IMG/VR virus record: IMGVR_UViG_3300032562_000004
Coordinates: 171,813-235,812 of that record
DNA length: 64,000 nucleotides
Direction: 5' to 3' (one strand)
In this document: one piece after another, positions 17,696 to 26,910 of the stretch
Position numbering within the stretch: the first letter of the stretch is position 1
Layout: every line of letters begins with the position of its first letter
Translations under genes and position numbers: made by a program
The notes under the pieces: model-generated
Told to the model about the DNA's origin: nothing
Database searches by the model: none
The model's input: the letters and a program-made list of their open reading frames with translations, nothing else

Positions 17696-18496
17696 TCATC
17701 TCGGGGCAAAGTCCTGTTGTAGTTTGATATTGTCCATAAACTCTTTCTTAGTGCCAGCATCTTCATTAAATGCTCCACGCAATACAGTAGTCTGTGTCAG
17801 ACTAGAGTGTGCCATAATACCTCTATTTTCGCAACAACCGTGAACAGCCTGTATATATACACCTACGTCTTTACTATCAGTTGCTTTCATTATTTCTTTA
17901 GCGATGTCATTACATAGTTCCTCTTGTAAAGTCCCACGGCGAGCACACCATTGAGCAATCCTTGTATACTTAGAAAGACCAATGAGCTTGTTGGCAGCGA
18001 TGATCCCGATATAGGCAACCCCACTAACTGGCTGATGATGATGACTACACATACTACGCAATTCACTGCGAACAACCAACATACCTTCATATCTATCCTC
18101 TGAATTATTTGGAAACGCTGTACAATCTGGAGCCGGCTCATATCGCCCTGCCATAATTTCGTTAAAATACATCTTAGCTAATCTTTTAGCTGTGCCTTTA
18201 CTGTTGGGATCATTTTCGCGATCAATAAGCAATGCGTCTAGTACACCTTCAAATGCTATAGTGGCATTAGCAATTAATTCATCTCTGTGCCCGACTACAT
18301 ACTCACTAATGTTATCCCCAGCCCAGAAGCGTTTCTTATCGCGTTTCATATTAAAACGGATAGCATCGGCTAAGGTTGCTTCTTCGTACCCTTTGTCGCT
18401 CATCATCATTGCGGCATCTTCGTAGCCAGGATGATACGGTGCTTCTTCTACTAATTTCTTAGCGTTTTCTCTATCTTCTGTTGTAAATGATGTCAT
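17696..18496 (-). CDS. folE: GTP cyclohydrolase I
   Basis: SMCSHH, IGLSKYTR, LQEEL, HGCCENRG. Confidence 0.95.
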   Translation of the reverse strand: MTSFTTEDRENAKKLVEEAPYHPGYEDAAMMMSDKGYEEATLADAIRFNMKRDKKRFWAGDNISEYVVGHRDELIANATIAFEGVLDALLIDRENDPNSKGTAKRLAKMYFNEIMAGRYEPAPDCTAFPNNSEDRYEGMLVVRSELRSMCSHHHQPVSGVAYIGIIAANKLIGLSKYTRIAQWCARRGTLQEELCNDIAKEIMKATDSKDVGVYIQAVHGCCENRGIMAHSSLTQTTVLRGAFNEDAGTKKEFMDNIKLQQDFAPR

Positions 18497-18891
18497 TCGT
18501 TTTCCTCTGATAATCTGTCAATAATTTCTTGTTGCTCTTGTTCTTTCATTTGATTTATGTCTAACTTTTCAAATCTATAGCCATATCTCATTGATGGCAT
18601 AAGCGCAATCTTTTCAAACATATCCATTTGGTCAGTTGTAACGCCATAGATATAGCCTCTAACTTCTTCACTTTCTGTTTCCGCGTTAGCAAGTTTAGAA
18701 CCTCTTTTGGAAGCGCCATGTAGTGTAGAACGCCAAGCATAGTATTCTTCATCGATTGAATCAACAAACCCTTTTAATTTAGGATCATCCTTTTTAGCAA
18801 CCCATACAATGTATAAGTTGTCAGATTCATATAACAAAGTATGCTCAGTTTCGTTAGAAGTTATACGCTCAAATTGTTCTGTTAGTATCAT
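18493..18891 (-). CDS. Hypothetical protein
   Basis: 132-aa ORF. Confidence 0.6.
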   Translation of the reverse strand: MILTEQFERITSNETEHTLLYESDNLYIVWVAKKDDPKLKGFVDSIDEEYYAWRSTLHGASKRGSKLANAETESEEVRGYIYGVTTDQMDMFEKIALMPSMRYGYRFEKLDINQMKEQEQQEIIDRLSEENE

Positions 18892-18901
18892 ATATGCTTT
18901 T

Positions 18902-18930
18902 ATTATAAAGGTTATTTAGGTTTAAGTCAA
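18902..18930 (-). promoter_or_regulatory. sigma70 promoter with nested CTAAATA late motif
   Basis: TTGACT-TAAACCTAAATAACCTT-TATAAT. Confidence 0.75.
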
Positions 18931-18933
18931 TTA

Positions 18934-19989
18934 CTATGTAATATTTTTTAACAGATTTGTAGCCGAAAAGAAGTTTTCAGAAAGATCCTTGGCTTGTTTT
19001 TCGATATATGGAATTCGAACATCATATGATTCCATATCTTCTATAATAACCTTACATAAGTCTGGACGATAAACATTATACGCTTCATAACTTTCAGTCC
19101 ATATACTAGGATATTTGAAATGATTATAATACATTTCAGTATAACTTAATCGATCCGGAACTAGGGGAATGGCTCCTAGTAATGCGCCTTCGTAACAGCT
19201 AATGCCAAGTGTTTCTTGTAAGTTAGCAGAGAACACAATCTTAGCTTCGCCCAACAATGTGTGATATTCATGTTTAGTAAGTTCTTGTTCTTGACAAACA
19301 ACGAATTCATATTGTGGTAAGTGTGTAGCCAAATCTTTAAAAATGTCTACTTGTTTTTCTGGAGCAATACGATGTGGAAATAAGATTAAGTCACGCTTTT
19401 TTAAATTCTTATAAGGAGCCAGTTCAGCTTCCATATACTCCATGGGCCATCCTGTTTGTGTTACATAAGGATTGGTACCATTATCTTCTACATCAAATAA
19501 GTTTTTAGCAAACATTTTGATATGAAAATCTGTAGCAAAGTAGTTGTGGTCGTATGAAAAGAAATAACTCTTTTCAGCGTGACGCACCCATGGCTTATCT
19601 CCAACTAAGCGTCCAAGAAAGTCTTGAGGATCATAACTGCCAGCATGCCATAAGCCATGTGTGGTTACAGGAATCTGTAACAACTCGCTCATGTATTTTA
19701 AGTTTATGATGCCAGGATGCCAAGCATCAGTAAAAATGAAATGATCACCAGGATTAACTGCTCCGGAGCAAAATAAACGGCCCATCTGCTCAACTTGATT
19801 AGCCTTGTATATATTGGTGCCACCAAAATTAAGAAAAGCACCAGGAGTAGTGGCTTTAGGAATATCCTCAGGGCCAGCGATAATTTGAACATCGTGTCCT
19901 CTCTTTCTAAGAAGGTTAGGTAAGTGAGTTTTCCACTCGCAGGTATAACGAGTGGAAACACTTTCTAGATCGACTAAAAAAACGGTCAA
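18934..19989 (-). CDS. Glycosyltransferase, GT-B (GT4-like)
   Basis: ILFPHRIAPEKQ, QETLGISCYEG (E-x7-E-like), P.RLSY.E. Confidence 0.75.
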   Translation of the reverse strand: MTVFLVDLESVSTRYTCEWKTHLPNLLRKRGHDVQIIAGPEDIPKATTPGAFLNFGGTNIYKANQVEQMGRLFCSGAVNPGDHFIFTDAWHPGIINLKYMSELLQIPVTTHGLWHAGSYDPQDFLGRLVGDKPWVRHAEKSYFFSYDHNYFATDFHIKMFAKNLFDVEDNGTNPYVTQTGWPMEYMEAELAPYKNLKKRDLILFPHRIAPEKQVDIFKDLATHLPQYEFVVCQEQELTKHEYHTLLGEAKIVFSANLQETLGISCYEGALLGAIPLVPDRLSYTEMYYNHFKYPSIWTESYEAYNVYRPDLCKVIIEDMESYDVRIPYIEKQAKDLSENFFSATNLLKNIT

Positions 19990-20207
19990 ATCGGTCTTCC
20001 TAAACGACGTGCGTCTTCAACCCACATATTCTTAGCATTTTTGCCTTGAATAAATTTGTTGTACTGTTGCCAAGCATAGCTCTTAAAGTTATACAAGTCT
20101 CCTTCGTTGAAACGATATCCGTAGTCAACGCAGAAGTCTAGAAACTTACCAAGGTCATCTTGGACTGATAGTGCGCGAGCACTGGGTTTATATTGTTGCT
20201 TACCCAT
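19986..20207 (-). CDS. Hypothetical protein
   Basis: 73-aa ORF. Confidence 0.65.
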   Translation of the reverse strand: MGKQQYKPSARALSVQDDLGKFLDFCVDYGYRFNEGDLYNFKSYAWQQYNKFIQGKNAKNMWVEDARRLGRPI

Positions 20208-20216
20208 TGTGTTTCC

Positions 20217-20672
20217 TTAAAATTTAATACTATTTGTTGGGCGAGAAAGTTCATACTTTATGAGGCAACCGTTCTCACCATCTTCGGCTACTTCAATCCA
20301 TACAGCACGTTCAGGATACCTGGCGGCTATTTGTACATACAAGTCATCGGCTATCATTTCACATGACTTAAAATCGAGTTCTAAAATATCTTTACTGTAC
20401 AAACTTTCTAACCAGCGTTTAAATTGTATGAACTCCAAATCTCTATTCGAATGCCAAACATCAATCCAAACTTTAAACCAGAACACGTGCCTGTGTGGAC
20501 TAGCTAAAAAGCTAACATCATATTCGCCGGCTGTACATAAATTAGGATCTGTGGCTGCCGCTGGATAACGATGGATACCTTCTCTACGGAAAGTACACCA
20601 AATTTTACGCTCGGCATTTTCTTTAATGCGGTTAGCTTTTTCTAATAATGCTTGTTGTCGTTGTTGATCCAT
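20217..20672 (-). CDS. Second QueD-like T-fold protein
   Basis: HRHVF (HxH), HSNRDLEF, SCEMIADDL, VAEDGENG parallel the QueD motifs HGH...TAENxA...V.E. Confidence 0.55.
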   Translation of the reverse strand: MDQQRQQALLEKANRIKENAERKIWCTFRREGIHRYPAAATDPNLCTAGEYDVSFLASPHRHVFWFKVWIDVWHSNRDLEFIQFKRWLESLYSKDILELDFKSCEMIADDLYVQIAARYPERAVWIEVAEDGENGCLIKYELSRPTNSIKF

Positions 20673-20673
20673 T

Positions 20674-21006
20674 TTAATGTTTCCAAAGTTCCATTGCTAC
20701 AATTTTTCCGATTGTTTCTGCTACATCTGTCCCATCCGGAATAATATGGGTTGAATAATTGGTACGACTGTTTTTATCATCGTACTTGCGGAGTTGTACA
20801 ATAGTGCCACCTTGTGCTGGCATTACATTAAATGATAGTCCGTTAACATCAATCGATGGGTCGTTACCGTCTAAACAAACTTCAGTAGGATAGCAGTCAT
20901 CTCTTTCAACAGTCATATAACCAGCACCTAGCCAGTTTAATATAGCAAGTCGCCATTTTCTTGGTAACATATTATTCCTTATTTCCGTAATCAAAAATTG
21001 ATCCAA
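20674..21006 (-). CDS. Hypothetical protein
   Basis: 110-aa ORF (start may be internal). Confidence 0.55.
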   Translation of the reverse strand: MDQFLITEIRNNMLPRKWRLAILNWLGAGYMTVERDDCYPTEVCLDGNDPSIDVNGLSFNVMPAQGGTIVQLRKYDDKNSRTNYSTHIIPDGTDVAETIGKIVAMELWKH

Positions 21007-21568
21007 ATGTAGATTTAGACATAGTTTTAAGTTTATCCATGTTGCTATCGGAAATTCGCCAATCTAAAGATCTTGTTTTGGTTGGATTTGTATTTTCAAA
21101 ATAACCATAAAATCCTCCTTTTTGGGAAGTGTATGCAATTTGAGGATTTTTGATTATTTGATTTCTTGCGTGTTTATAGGCTTGCTCGCATATATCTTGT
21201 ACATGAGGCTGATCAAAATCAATAAGGTCAATATCAACTATAATACTATTTTTGTCTAATGTAGCTCTTAATTGTTTTTTAATTTTTTTATGAATAGGTG
21301 TATCATACCAATTAACAATACTGATAACATCTTCTGGCAACATTGTGCCTACAGTTTGAGCACTGGTAGCATTTTCATGTCGAGTCTTGAACTCCCAGTC
21401 AAATTCTTTACAATCTACACCATTACCACGATTTATGTTAATGCCCATAGATTCAATTTTATTTTCAAAATCTCTGCCAGCATCTCCATGTTTTTCATTA
21501 GTTAGGACTGTGCCTATTAATGATTTTTTAATCATATCTAGAATGAATTTTTCTTGTGCGGTAATCAT
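20972..21568 (-). CDS. Possible PD-(D/E)xK nuclease-fold protein
   Basis: GRDFE...GVDC...WEFKTR pattern. Confidence 0.45.
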   Translation of the reverse strand: MITAQEKFILDMIKKSLIGTVLTNEKHGDAGRDFENKIESMGININRGNGVDCKEFDWEFKTRHENATSAQTVGTMLPEDVISIVNWYDTPIHKKIKKQLRATLDKNSIIVDIDLIDFDQPHVQDICEQAYKHARNQIIKNPQIAYTSQKGGFYGYFENTNPTKTRSLDWRISDSNMDKLKTMSKSTFGSIFDYGNKE

Positions 21569-22083
21569 TTGATTTCTTCATCTTGAGTATACTGATCCCA
21601 GTATGTATATTTGTCTTTGGCCATTAAATCATGTAGCTGGTGCGTCCATACTCCAGGATTACTATGACCCCATGTTGTGTCATCTAATTTAAGTGTAGCG
21701 TTATAATTAAATTGTTTAATGTAAGGCAATTTACAACTAATCATAGGAATAAATCTTGGATATTCAGAATAACCAGATTCGATAACACCTTCTGCGTGTT
21801 TAATATCAAAATCCAATGTAATCCAATACCCAGTTTCTAGCAATGGCATAATAACTTCATCCCAGGGCCGATATTCTGCCTGCGTTACTGCTTTAGGATT
21901 GAAACTTTGACTTGTGCCAAAATAGATATGTTTACAATCAGCTTCGATTGCTTTTTCGAGAATTTCTCTTACTGGCGGGGTACCGACTACAAATAATGTT
22001 TTCATACCATACGCAATAGTATGCTCGACTTCGTAGCCTGTAAAGTAAACTACATCTTGTCTTTGTTCAGTGTTTAATCCCAC
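21565..22083 (-). CDS. Conserved hypothetical phage protein
   Basis: 172-aa ORF (TLFVVG...HIYFG...WITLDFD...PGVWTH) within the modification cluster. Confidence 0.7.
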   Translation of the reverse strand: MGLNTEQRQDVVYFTGYEVEHTIAYGMKTLFVVGTPPVREILEKAIEADCKHIYFGTSQSFNPKAVTQAEYRPWDEVIMPLLETGYWITLDFDIKHAEGVIESGYSEYPRFIPMISCKLPYIKQFNYNATLKLDDTTWGHSNPGVWTHQLHDLMAKDKYTYWDQYTQDEEIK

Positions 22084-22964
22084 TTGATATAACCTCTACT
22101 GTAGCCGCTTGGACGGTCCTTACCATCCGCAAACGCCTGATCCCACTCTATGTTACGATTATAACACTTAGTCCAGAACTTGTCAACATCAAGTTGTCCA
22201 GATTGAATCCAATATACTGCTTTCTTCATATGCCAAATAAATTCTGGATTACGAGGACTAGGGAATACCATTGTACAGGCTTTCCATAATAAATTGGCAA
22301 AGTCTGTAGTTACTTTCTTTTGTGCTCCAAAAATAATTAAGGCTTGGTTAGCTAAAAAGTCTTCATCAAATACAGCAGAGCCAGAACTTAAATCGATAAC
22401 AATTTCGTATTTCTTTTCTGGAATAGTAGGAACCATAATATCGCCCCATAAGTCTTTATTACTACGACCTACTACAGTAATATCATTTTGTACCTTGTCA
22501 ATCTTAAGTGTGTTATACGCTACCCATGCTAAGAATCCGCTACCAAGAATTAGTATGTTACCGTTGCGCTTGTCAATTTCGTGTTGTGCTTGACGAATCA
22601 AATTGATACCACAAGCTACAGGTTCTATAATATATTTAGGATCAGCTTGGGGAATAACTACAAATTCATCTTTACGAACATTGTAGTAATCAGCATAAGC
22701 AGGTTCGCCGCGAGTAGCAACATAATCGCCTACTTGAACATCAACAACATTACCACCTACTTGGGTAACTTGACCAACACCTTCGTGTCCGCTCATTTCA
22801 ATAGGCAATGGACCAAATCCACCTGTCATCATATCAATGTCCGAACGGCATACTCCAGTCATTACAGCCTTGACTTCGATTTCGTTTTCGGTGTTATCTG
22901 GCTTGTCCCACGCTAGCTCACTGAACGAACCTTTGCCGTCAGTAGCTAATAATCTTACTTTCAT
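22074..22964 (-). CDS. Zinc-binding (MDR) alcohol/sugar dehydrogenase-like
   Basis: GVCRSD, GHEGVG.V..VG, EPVACG, ILGSG. Confidence 0.85.
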   Translation of the reverse strand: MKVRLLATDGKGSFSELAWDKPDNTENEIEVKAVMTGVCRSDIDMMTGGFGPLPIEMSGHEGVGQVTQVGGNVVDVQVGDYVATRGEPAYADYYNVRKDEFVVIPQADPKYIIEPVACGINLIRQAQHEIDKRNGNILILGSGFLAWVAYNTLKIDKVQNDITVVGRSNKDLWGDIMVPTIPEKKYEIVIDLSSGSAVFDEDFLANQALIIFGAQKKVTTDFANLLWKACTMVFPSPRNPEFIWHMKKAVYWIQSGQLDVDKFWTKCYNRNIEWDQAFADGKDRPSGYSRGYIKWD

Positions 22965-23872
22965 GCTAACTCGTAAATGTCAATGTTTTCAATAGTCTTG
23001 TGAATCCATACATCTAATTCTAGTTGTAGGTCCCAAAACGCCGGTGTGTCTTTCATTTCTATAGCAGTACTAATCATACGCTTATATGCATCTTCTGGAC
23101 ATAATCCAAGTTCGAAGTAGTAATGGCTACCATCTTCAAATGTCATTAAAATACTACGGTCATCACCAGTTAATGTGCGCCAGTTAGATTCAATAATCCA
23201 ATGGCAGCCATGTGTATCCACATAACTTAATTCCACTTGATCTTCTACATCATAGATACCGTTAACATCTACACGGCCATAATCTGTTTGTGTAAGTTCA
23301 GGTAATGTCCAAAAGCGTTCAGCCGATTCTGTAAGCATATTTGCTTGGTCGTAACTAAATCCAGATAATGATTGGAATAAACTTAACAAATGCGGAAGTA
23401 AATCTCTACTGACTCCACCGTATGCTAAACTCTTAGTAGTAAACCATGTACCCGGATTAGGAACACGGTCATTGTTGTTCCAAGTTAAGTTAATGATTTT
23501 TGCTTTGTGTGCTAGTTGTGTTAGTGTAGCAATATTTTCACGATACTGATTATTCTTAACCATCATGAAGCGTGTATCAGGATAATCGTCTACAAGATTA
23601 TACCACGCTACTGCTGACTCTAGTCCTGGCTTCTCGATAAACACAATACGAGTATGATTTGCTATAGCACGAGCAATATCTTCGTGTGTAAAATTAGGAG
23701 TACAAATATGAGCAGTATCAAAACAAGCATGATCCTTGAATACTTCTTCCAATTCATAATAATCGGCGTCTTTACTTAAATCAGGATCGACTGTAACAAT
23801 CTCATGACCAAGTTCAGTTAATACTTGTTTGTATAACTGCCCAATGCCCATTCCTACAATAAGACTTTTCAT
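22961..23872 (-). CDS. Gfo/Idh/MocA family oxidoreductase
   Basis: LIVGMGIG, ICTPNFTH, FIEKP, GGVSRDLLPH. Confidence 0.85.
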   Translation of the reverse strand: MKSLIVGMGIGQLYKQVLTELGHEIVTVDPDLSKDADYYELEEVFKDHACFDTAHICTPNFTHEDIARAIANHTRIVFIEKPGLESAVAWYNLVDDYPDTRFMMVKNNQYRENIATLTQLAHKAKIINLTWNNNDRVPNPGTWFTTKSLAYGGVSRDLLPHLLSLFQSLSGFSYDQANMLTESAERFWTLPELTQTDYGRVDVNGIYDVEDQVELSYVDTHGCHWIIESNWRTLTGDDRSILMTFEDGSHYYFELGLCPEDAYKRMISTAIEMKDTPAFWDLQLELDVWIHKTIENIDIYELA

Positions 23873-25551
23873 GCTTCACTTTCAAGTGCGTCAAGTTTAG
23901 TTTCATCCAATCCAGAATCATCCATATGGTGTTCTTCTGGTTCCTCTGCTTCAAATAAATTACTAAACATAGTACTAGCATTAACTGTTTTCTTACCAGT
24001 AGCGCCACGAGTACCGATAATGCTTTGCCAAAACTTATCATACAAATCAATAATAGCAATAGCTGTTTCACGATCCGGAGCAGCAAATATTGCTTCTACT
24101 ACATCCTTAAAGTATACAGTATCAAAGCGTTCATCTACAAGCATATTGGGACATTTGCCCGCATCATACTCGCGATTAGCTCGTTGTACTGATTCTAAGT
24201 GTGTCCAAACATTATGTCCCATGAGTAATGCGTAAGAGAATGAATCCCAACTTGTTTTACCTTCTTTGCCTACTTTATTTTTGTCGCCTGGTTTATATAT
24301 GCAAATATCTTTAATCTGTAAGTTATTACTAACAGGACTATCGTCGAAGTGATGAATTAGTTTATCTTGTAATACAGCATCGCTAAATTTGCGTGTATCT
24401 GTGGCATACTTTTTATCGTCAACGATAGCACTCATACGATAACACCACTTCTTACGATCTTCGATATCTATTTGATGGTAGACTTGTCCATTAGCGGTTG
24501 CTAAGAATGGACTAGCACAATCAAAACTAATAGTGAAAGCAGGATTAACATACTTACGAACAGCCCGTTGAATATCAGTCAACAATAATGCCCATTCTAG
24601 TTTACTTGTACCCAAGAAGTGCATCCAATCTTGTTTACCTTCTTGTAGTAATCCATCGAACTTCAGTGCTACTAGTCTACGCAATACTAAGTCAACGTCA
24701 CACATATTCTGGCCACCCATAGCCCAACCATTAAATGCCTTATTGCCGTAAATGTTTGGATCGCAGAAGTCTTTCATCTGAGCATACCAGTCATCGGCCT
24801 GTGCGTGATTTTCACCTTGTAGTACATTTAAGAACTTACAAGCACCTGTGCGGTGTTTGATAAAATATTCGTTATTGTACTTGGTTGCTTCGACGGCCTG
24901 CTGATAAGATTCAATACCGGTAGCGGCACGACCAGCTGGACTACGCTCTACCCACGCTGGAATATCAAGTACCATACCATAGTCCATAATACCGTCCATC
25001 CAAGCTAATACTTGGCTACGCTTTTTCTGTGCCGCATCTAATTTAGCTTGATATTCTTTTACATGGTCAATCTTAGTATATTTGGTGTTGCCGTTCTTAT
25101 CATGTTTAGGTGTACCATCTGGCTTTAACGCAGGAACTTGTTCTATGCCTTTAGCTATAGCCTCAGCCATTTTAGCGGCTACTTCCGGGCCGTTAGGATC
25201 ACGCCATTCACCTTCCCACACACCTTTACCAATTTGGAATCCGCCCGAATCGCCTAGAATGAAAGTGTTAGCACGATCCCTGTTACGAATCATGTCTTCA
25301 TTCCAGTCTTGTTTGTTAAGATCCAAGTTGGCGTGTCCTGCTGAATACAAACTCCACTTATATGTAAACAAACCTTTTTGACTATTAAGCCAATTAAGCA
25401 TTTCCATATCTTGGATATTAGTAGGCATACGGGCTTGGTCAACATATTGACTGCCTCGTTGTTTTCCTATGTAAGTACCGTAGAACCCCGACAATGCTGG
25501 CAAAAAGATAGCATAGTCGGATTGTTTGGCAGTTAAATTATCTTGCGCCAT
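23869..25551 (-). CDS. dpdA: DpdA/TGT-like guanine transglycosylase
   Basis: ILGDSGGFQ, MVLDIP, NVLQG, GWAMGG, HFLG, SFDCASP; located in a folE/queD/queE cluster. Confidence 0.8.
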   Translation of the reverse strand: MAQDNLTAKQSDYAIFLPALSGFYGTYIGKQRGSQYVDQARMPTNIQDMEMLNWLNSQKGLFTYKWSLYSAGHANLDLNKQDWNEDMIRNRDRANTFILGDSGGFQIGKGVWEGEWRDPNGPEVAAKMAEAIAKGIEQVPALKPDGTPKHDKNGNTKYTKIDHVKEYQAKLDAAQKKRSQVLAWMDGIMDYGMVLDIPAWVERSPAGRAATGIESYQQAVEATKYNNEYFIKHRTGACKFLNVLQGENHAQADDWYAQMKDFCDPNIYGNKAFNGWAMGGQNMCDVDLVLRRLVALKFDGLLQEGKQDWMHFLGTSKLEWALLLTDIQRAVRKYVNPAFTISFDCASPFLATANGQVYHQIDIEDRKKWCYRMSAIVDDKKYATDTRKFSDAVLQDKLIHHFDDSPVSNNLQIKDICIYKPGDKNKVGKEGKTSWDSFSYALLMGHNVWTHLESVQRANREYDAGKCPNMLVDERFDTVYFKDVVEAIFAAPDRETAIAIIDLYDKFWQSIIGTRGATGKKTVNASTMFSNLFEAEEPEEHHMDDSGLDETKLDALESEA

Positions 25552-26132
25552 TATTTAAGACCCATTTGTTTTCTTATTTCAGTCGCTGAAATAGAGTGCG
25601 TATCCTCGTCGAATACTTCGTTTTCAATTTTATAACCAACATTACGACCATAGGTAATGTTTGTAATATTAGGAACGAATACAATAATATACTGTCCTTC
25701 ATACTTTTCCTTTAAATCCGCATGGATGAAGTTTTCTACTTCTTCTTTTTTAAATGGATTAGAATCATTCCAACCTTCGCAATCACGGATCATAATACAA
25801 ACTTGACCTGTTTTAGCAATAGCACGGTCAAACAATGCTCTATGTCCGGCGTGCCATGGCTGCCAACGCCCTAGCATTTGAACAGTAGGCTTACGCCAAT
25901 CAAATCCATCTGGATGTGCGGTTGGCTTAGTATGTCTGCCCCATTTAATTTTATTCCAAACTCTTTCATGAAACCAAAATAAACATATTTTAGTTAACAC
26001 TTCGATAGAAGCGATACTACCAGCAACTACTAGTTCTCCTGTAACAAGAAAACTAACAATAAATGTGTCGATAGTACCAGTAAGGCGCCATGATAGCGCC
26101 TTAACTAAACTTCTAATATTAGTGTCAAACAT
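25551..26132 (-). CDS. DUF2061-like membrane domain fused to an HxGH nucleotidyltransferase-like domain
   Basis: SLVKALSWRLTGTIDT...ERVW N-terminus; LGRWQPWHAGH and ISATEIR C-terminus. Confidence 0.7.
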   Translation of the reverse strand: MFDTNIRSLVKALSWRLTGTIDTFIVSFLVTGELVVAGSIASIEVLTKICLFWFHERVWNKIKWGRHTKPTAHPDGFDWRKPTVQMLGRWQPWHAGHRALFDRAIAKTGQVCIMIRDCEGWNDSNPFKKEEVENFIHADLKEKYEGQYIIVFVPNITNITYGRNVGYKIENEVFDEDTHSISATEIRKQMGLK

Positions 26133-26854
26133 TATTTAGATTGAGCTGGTAGAATATAAGAATAAACAGCAAGTCCGGAATCAACAATAATCTGCATTGC
26201 GCCTTCATCACTAATACGCATTACTTTATCGCCATACAAGTCAAGAATGCCAATAACAGCTTTGACTGGCCAACTCCATGCTCGCTTGAGATCACCTTGT
26301 ACATCTGGTTGGAATACAAAGTTACCAGCGTGTGTTGAATGATCTCCAAAGAAGAACTTCAAATCACCGCCGTCTACTTTAACTTGGAAATTGTTTTCTT
26401 CGCTATTAGCTGTAGCTTGCATTTTCAAACGCTGAATAGCCGCTGCGCTTGGTTCAACCTCTAAGTTCCATTTAACACCTTTGAACTTAATAGTCTTAAT
26501 CTTTTCATTAGCAACTTCGGCTGCCATAAAACGATATGAATTCTTAAAGTCGCCTGCTTTGTTCACAAAGTTTAACTGATCCGGCGCATTGTCGGCTCTG
26601 CGATTAATAGCAAGTGTAGCATCTTCTTTGTACTCTTGTAAGTTCAAAAGAATTTTAAGTTTGGCTAAATTTGGCATACCAAATGTACCAATAAATTCTG
26701 CTACTGGATTGATTGTTTTACCTTCTACAACAATCGAATTATCTTCAGCTTTGCCAAAGATATTTGTTTCAGTGTCAGTTCCAACTACACGAACTTGTTC
26801 AATACTGCCCAAGTCAAAAGTATGTGAAACTAAGTCTAAAAGATGATCACGCAT
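26132..26854 (-). CDS. Probable sliding clamp (gp45-like)
   Basis: 240 aa, beta-rich two-domain size, next to DNA polymerase; a clamp loader is at 58079. Confidence 0.6.
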   Translation of the reverse strand: MRDHLLDLVSHTFDLGSIEQVRVVGTDTETNIFGKAEDNSIVVEGKTINPVAEFIGTFGMPNLAKLKILLNLQEYKEDATLAINRRADNAPDQLNFVNKAGDFKNSYRFMAAEVANEKIKTIKFKGVKWNLEVEPSAAAIQRLKMQATANSEENNFQVKVDGGDLKFFFGDHSTHAGNFVFQPDVQGDLKRAWSWPVKAVIGILDLYGDKVMRISDEGAMQIIVDSGLAVYSYILPAQSK

Positions 26855-26881
26855 TTAATATTTCCTTTAAGTAATGTTGAT

Positions 26882-26910
26882 AGTATAACAGGTTTATTTA
26901 GGTTTTACAA
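26882..26910 (-). promoter_or_regulatory. sigma70 promoter with nested CTAAATA late motif
   Basis: TTGTAA-AACCTAAATAAACCTGT-TATACT. Confidence 0.7.

Noticed and set aside
23869-25551. Calling the TGT-like gene a canonical tRNA-guanine transglycosylase (tgt)
   Set aside because: It is much longer, has large insertions and lacks the C-terminal CxCxxC...H zinc motif of bacterial Tgt. A DNA-acting DpdA is more likely, though unproven.
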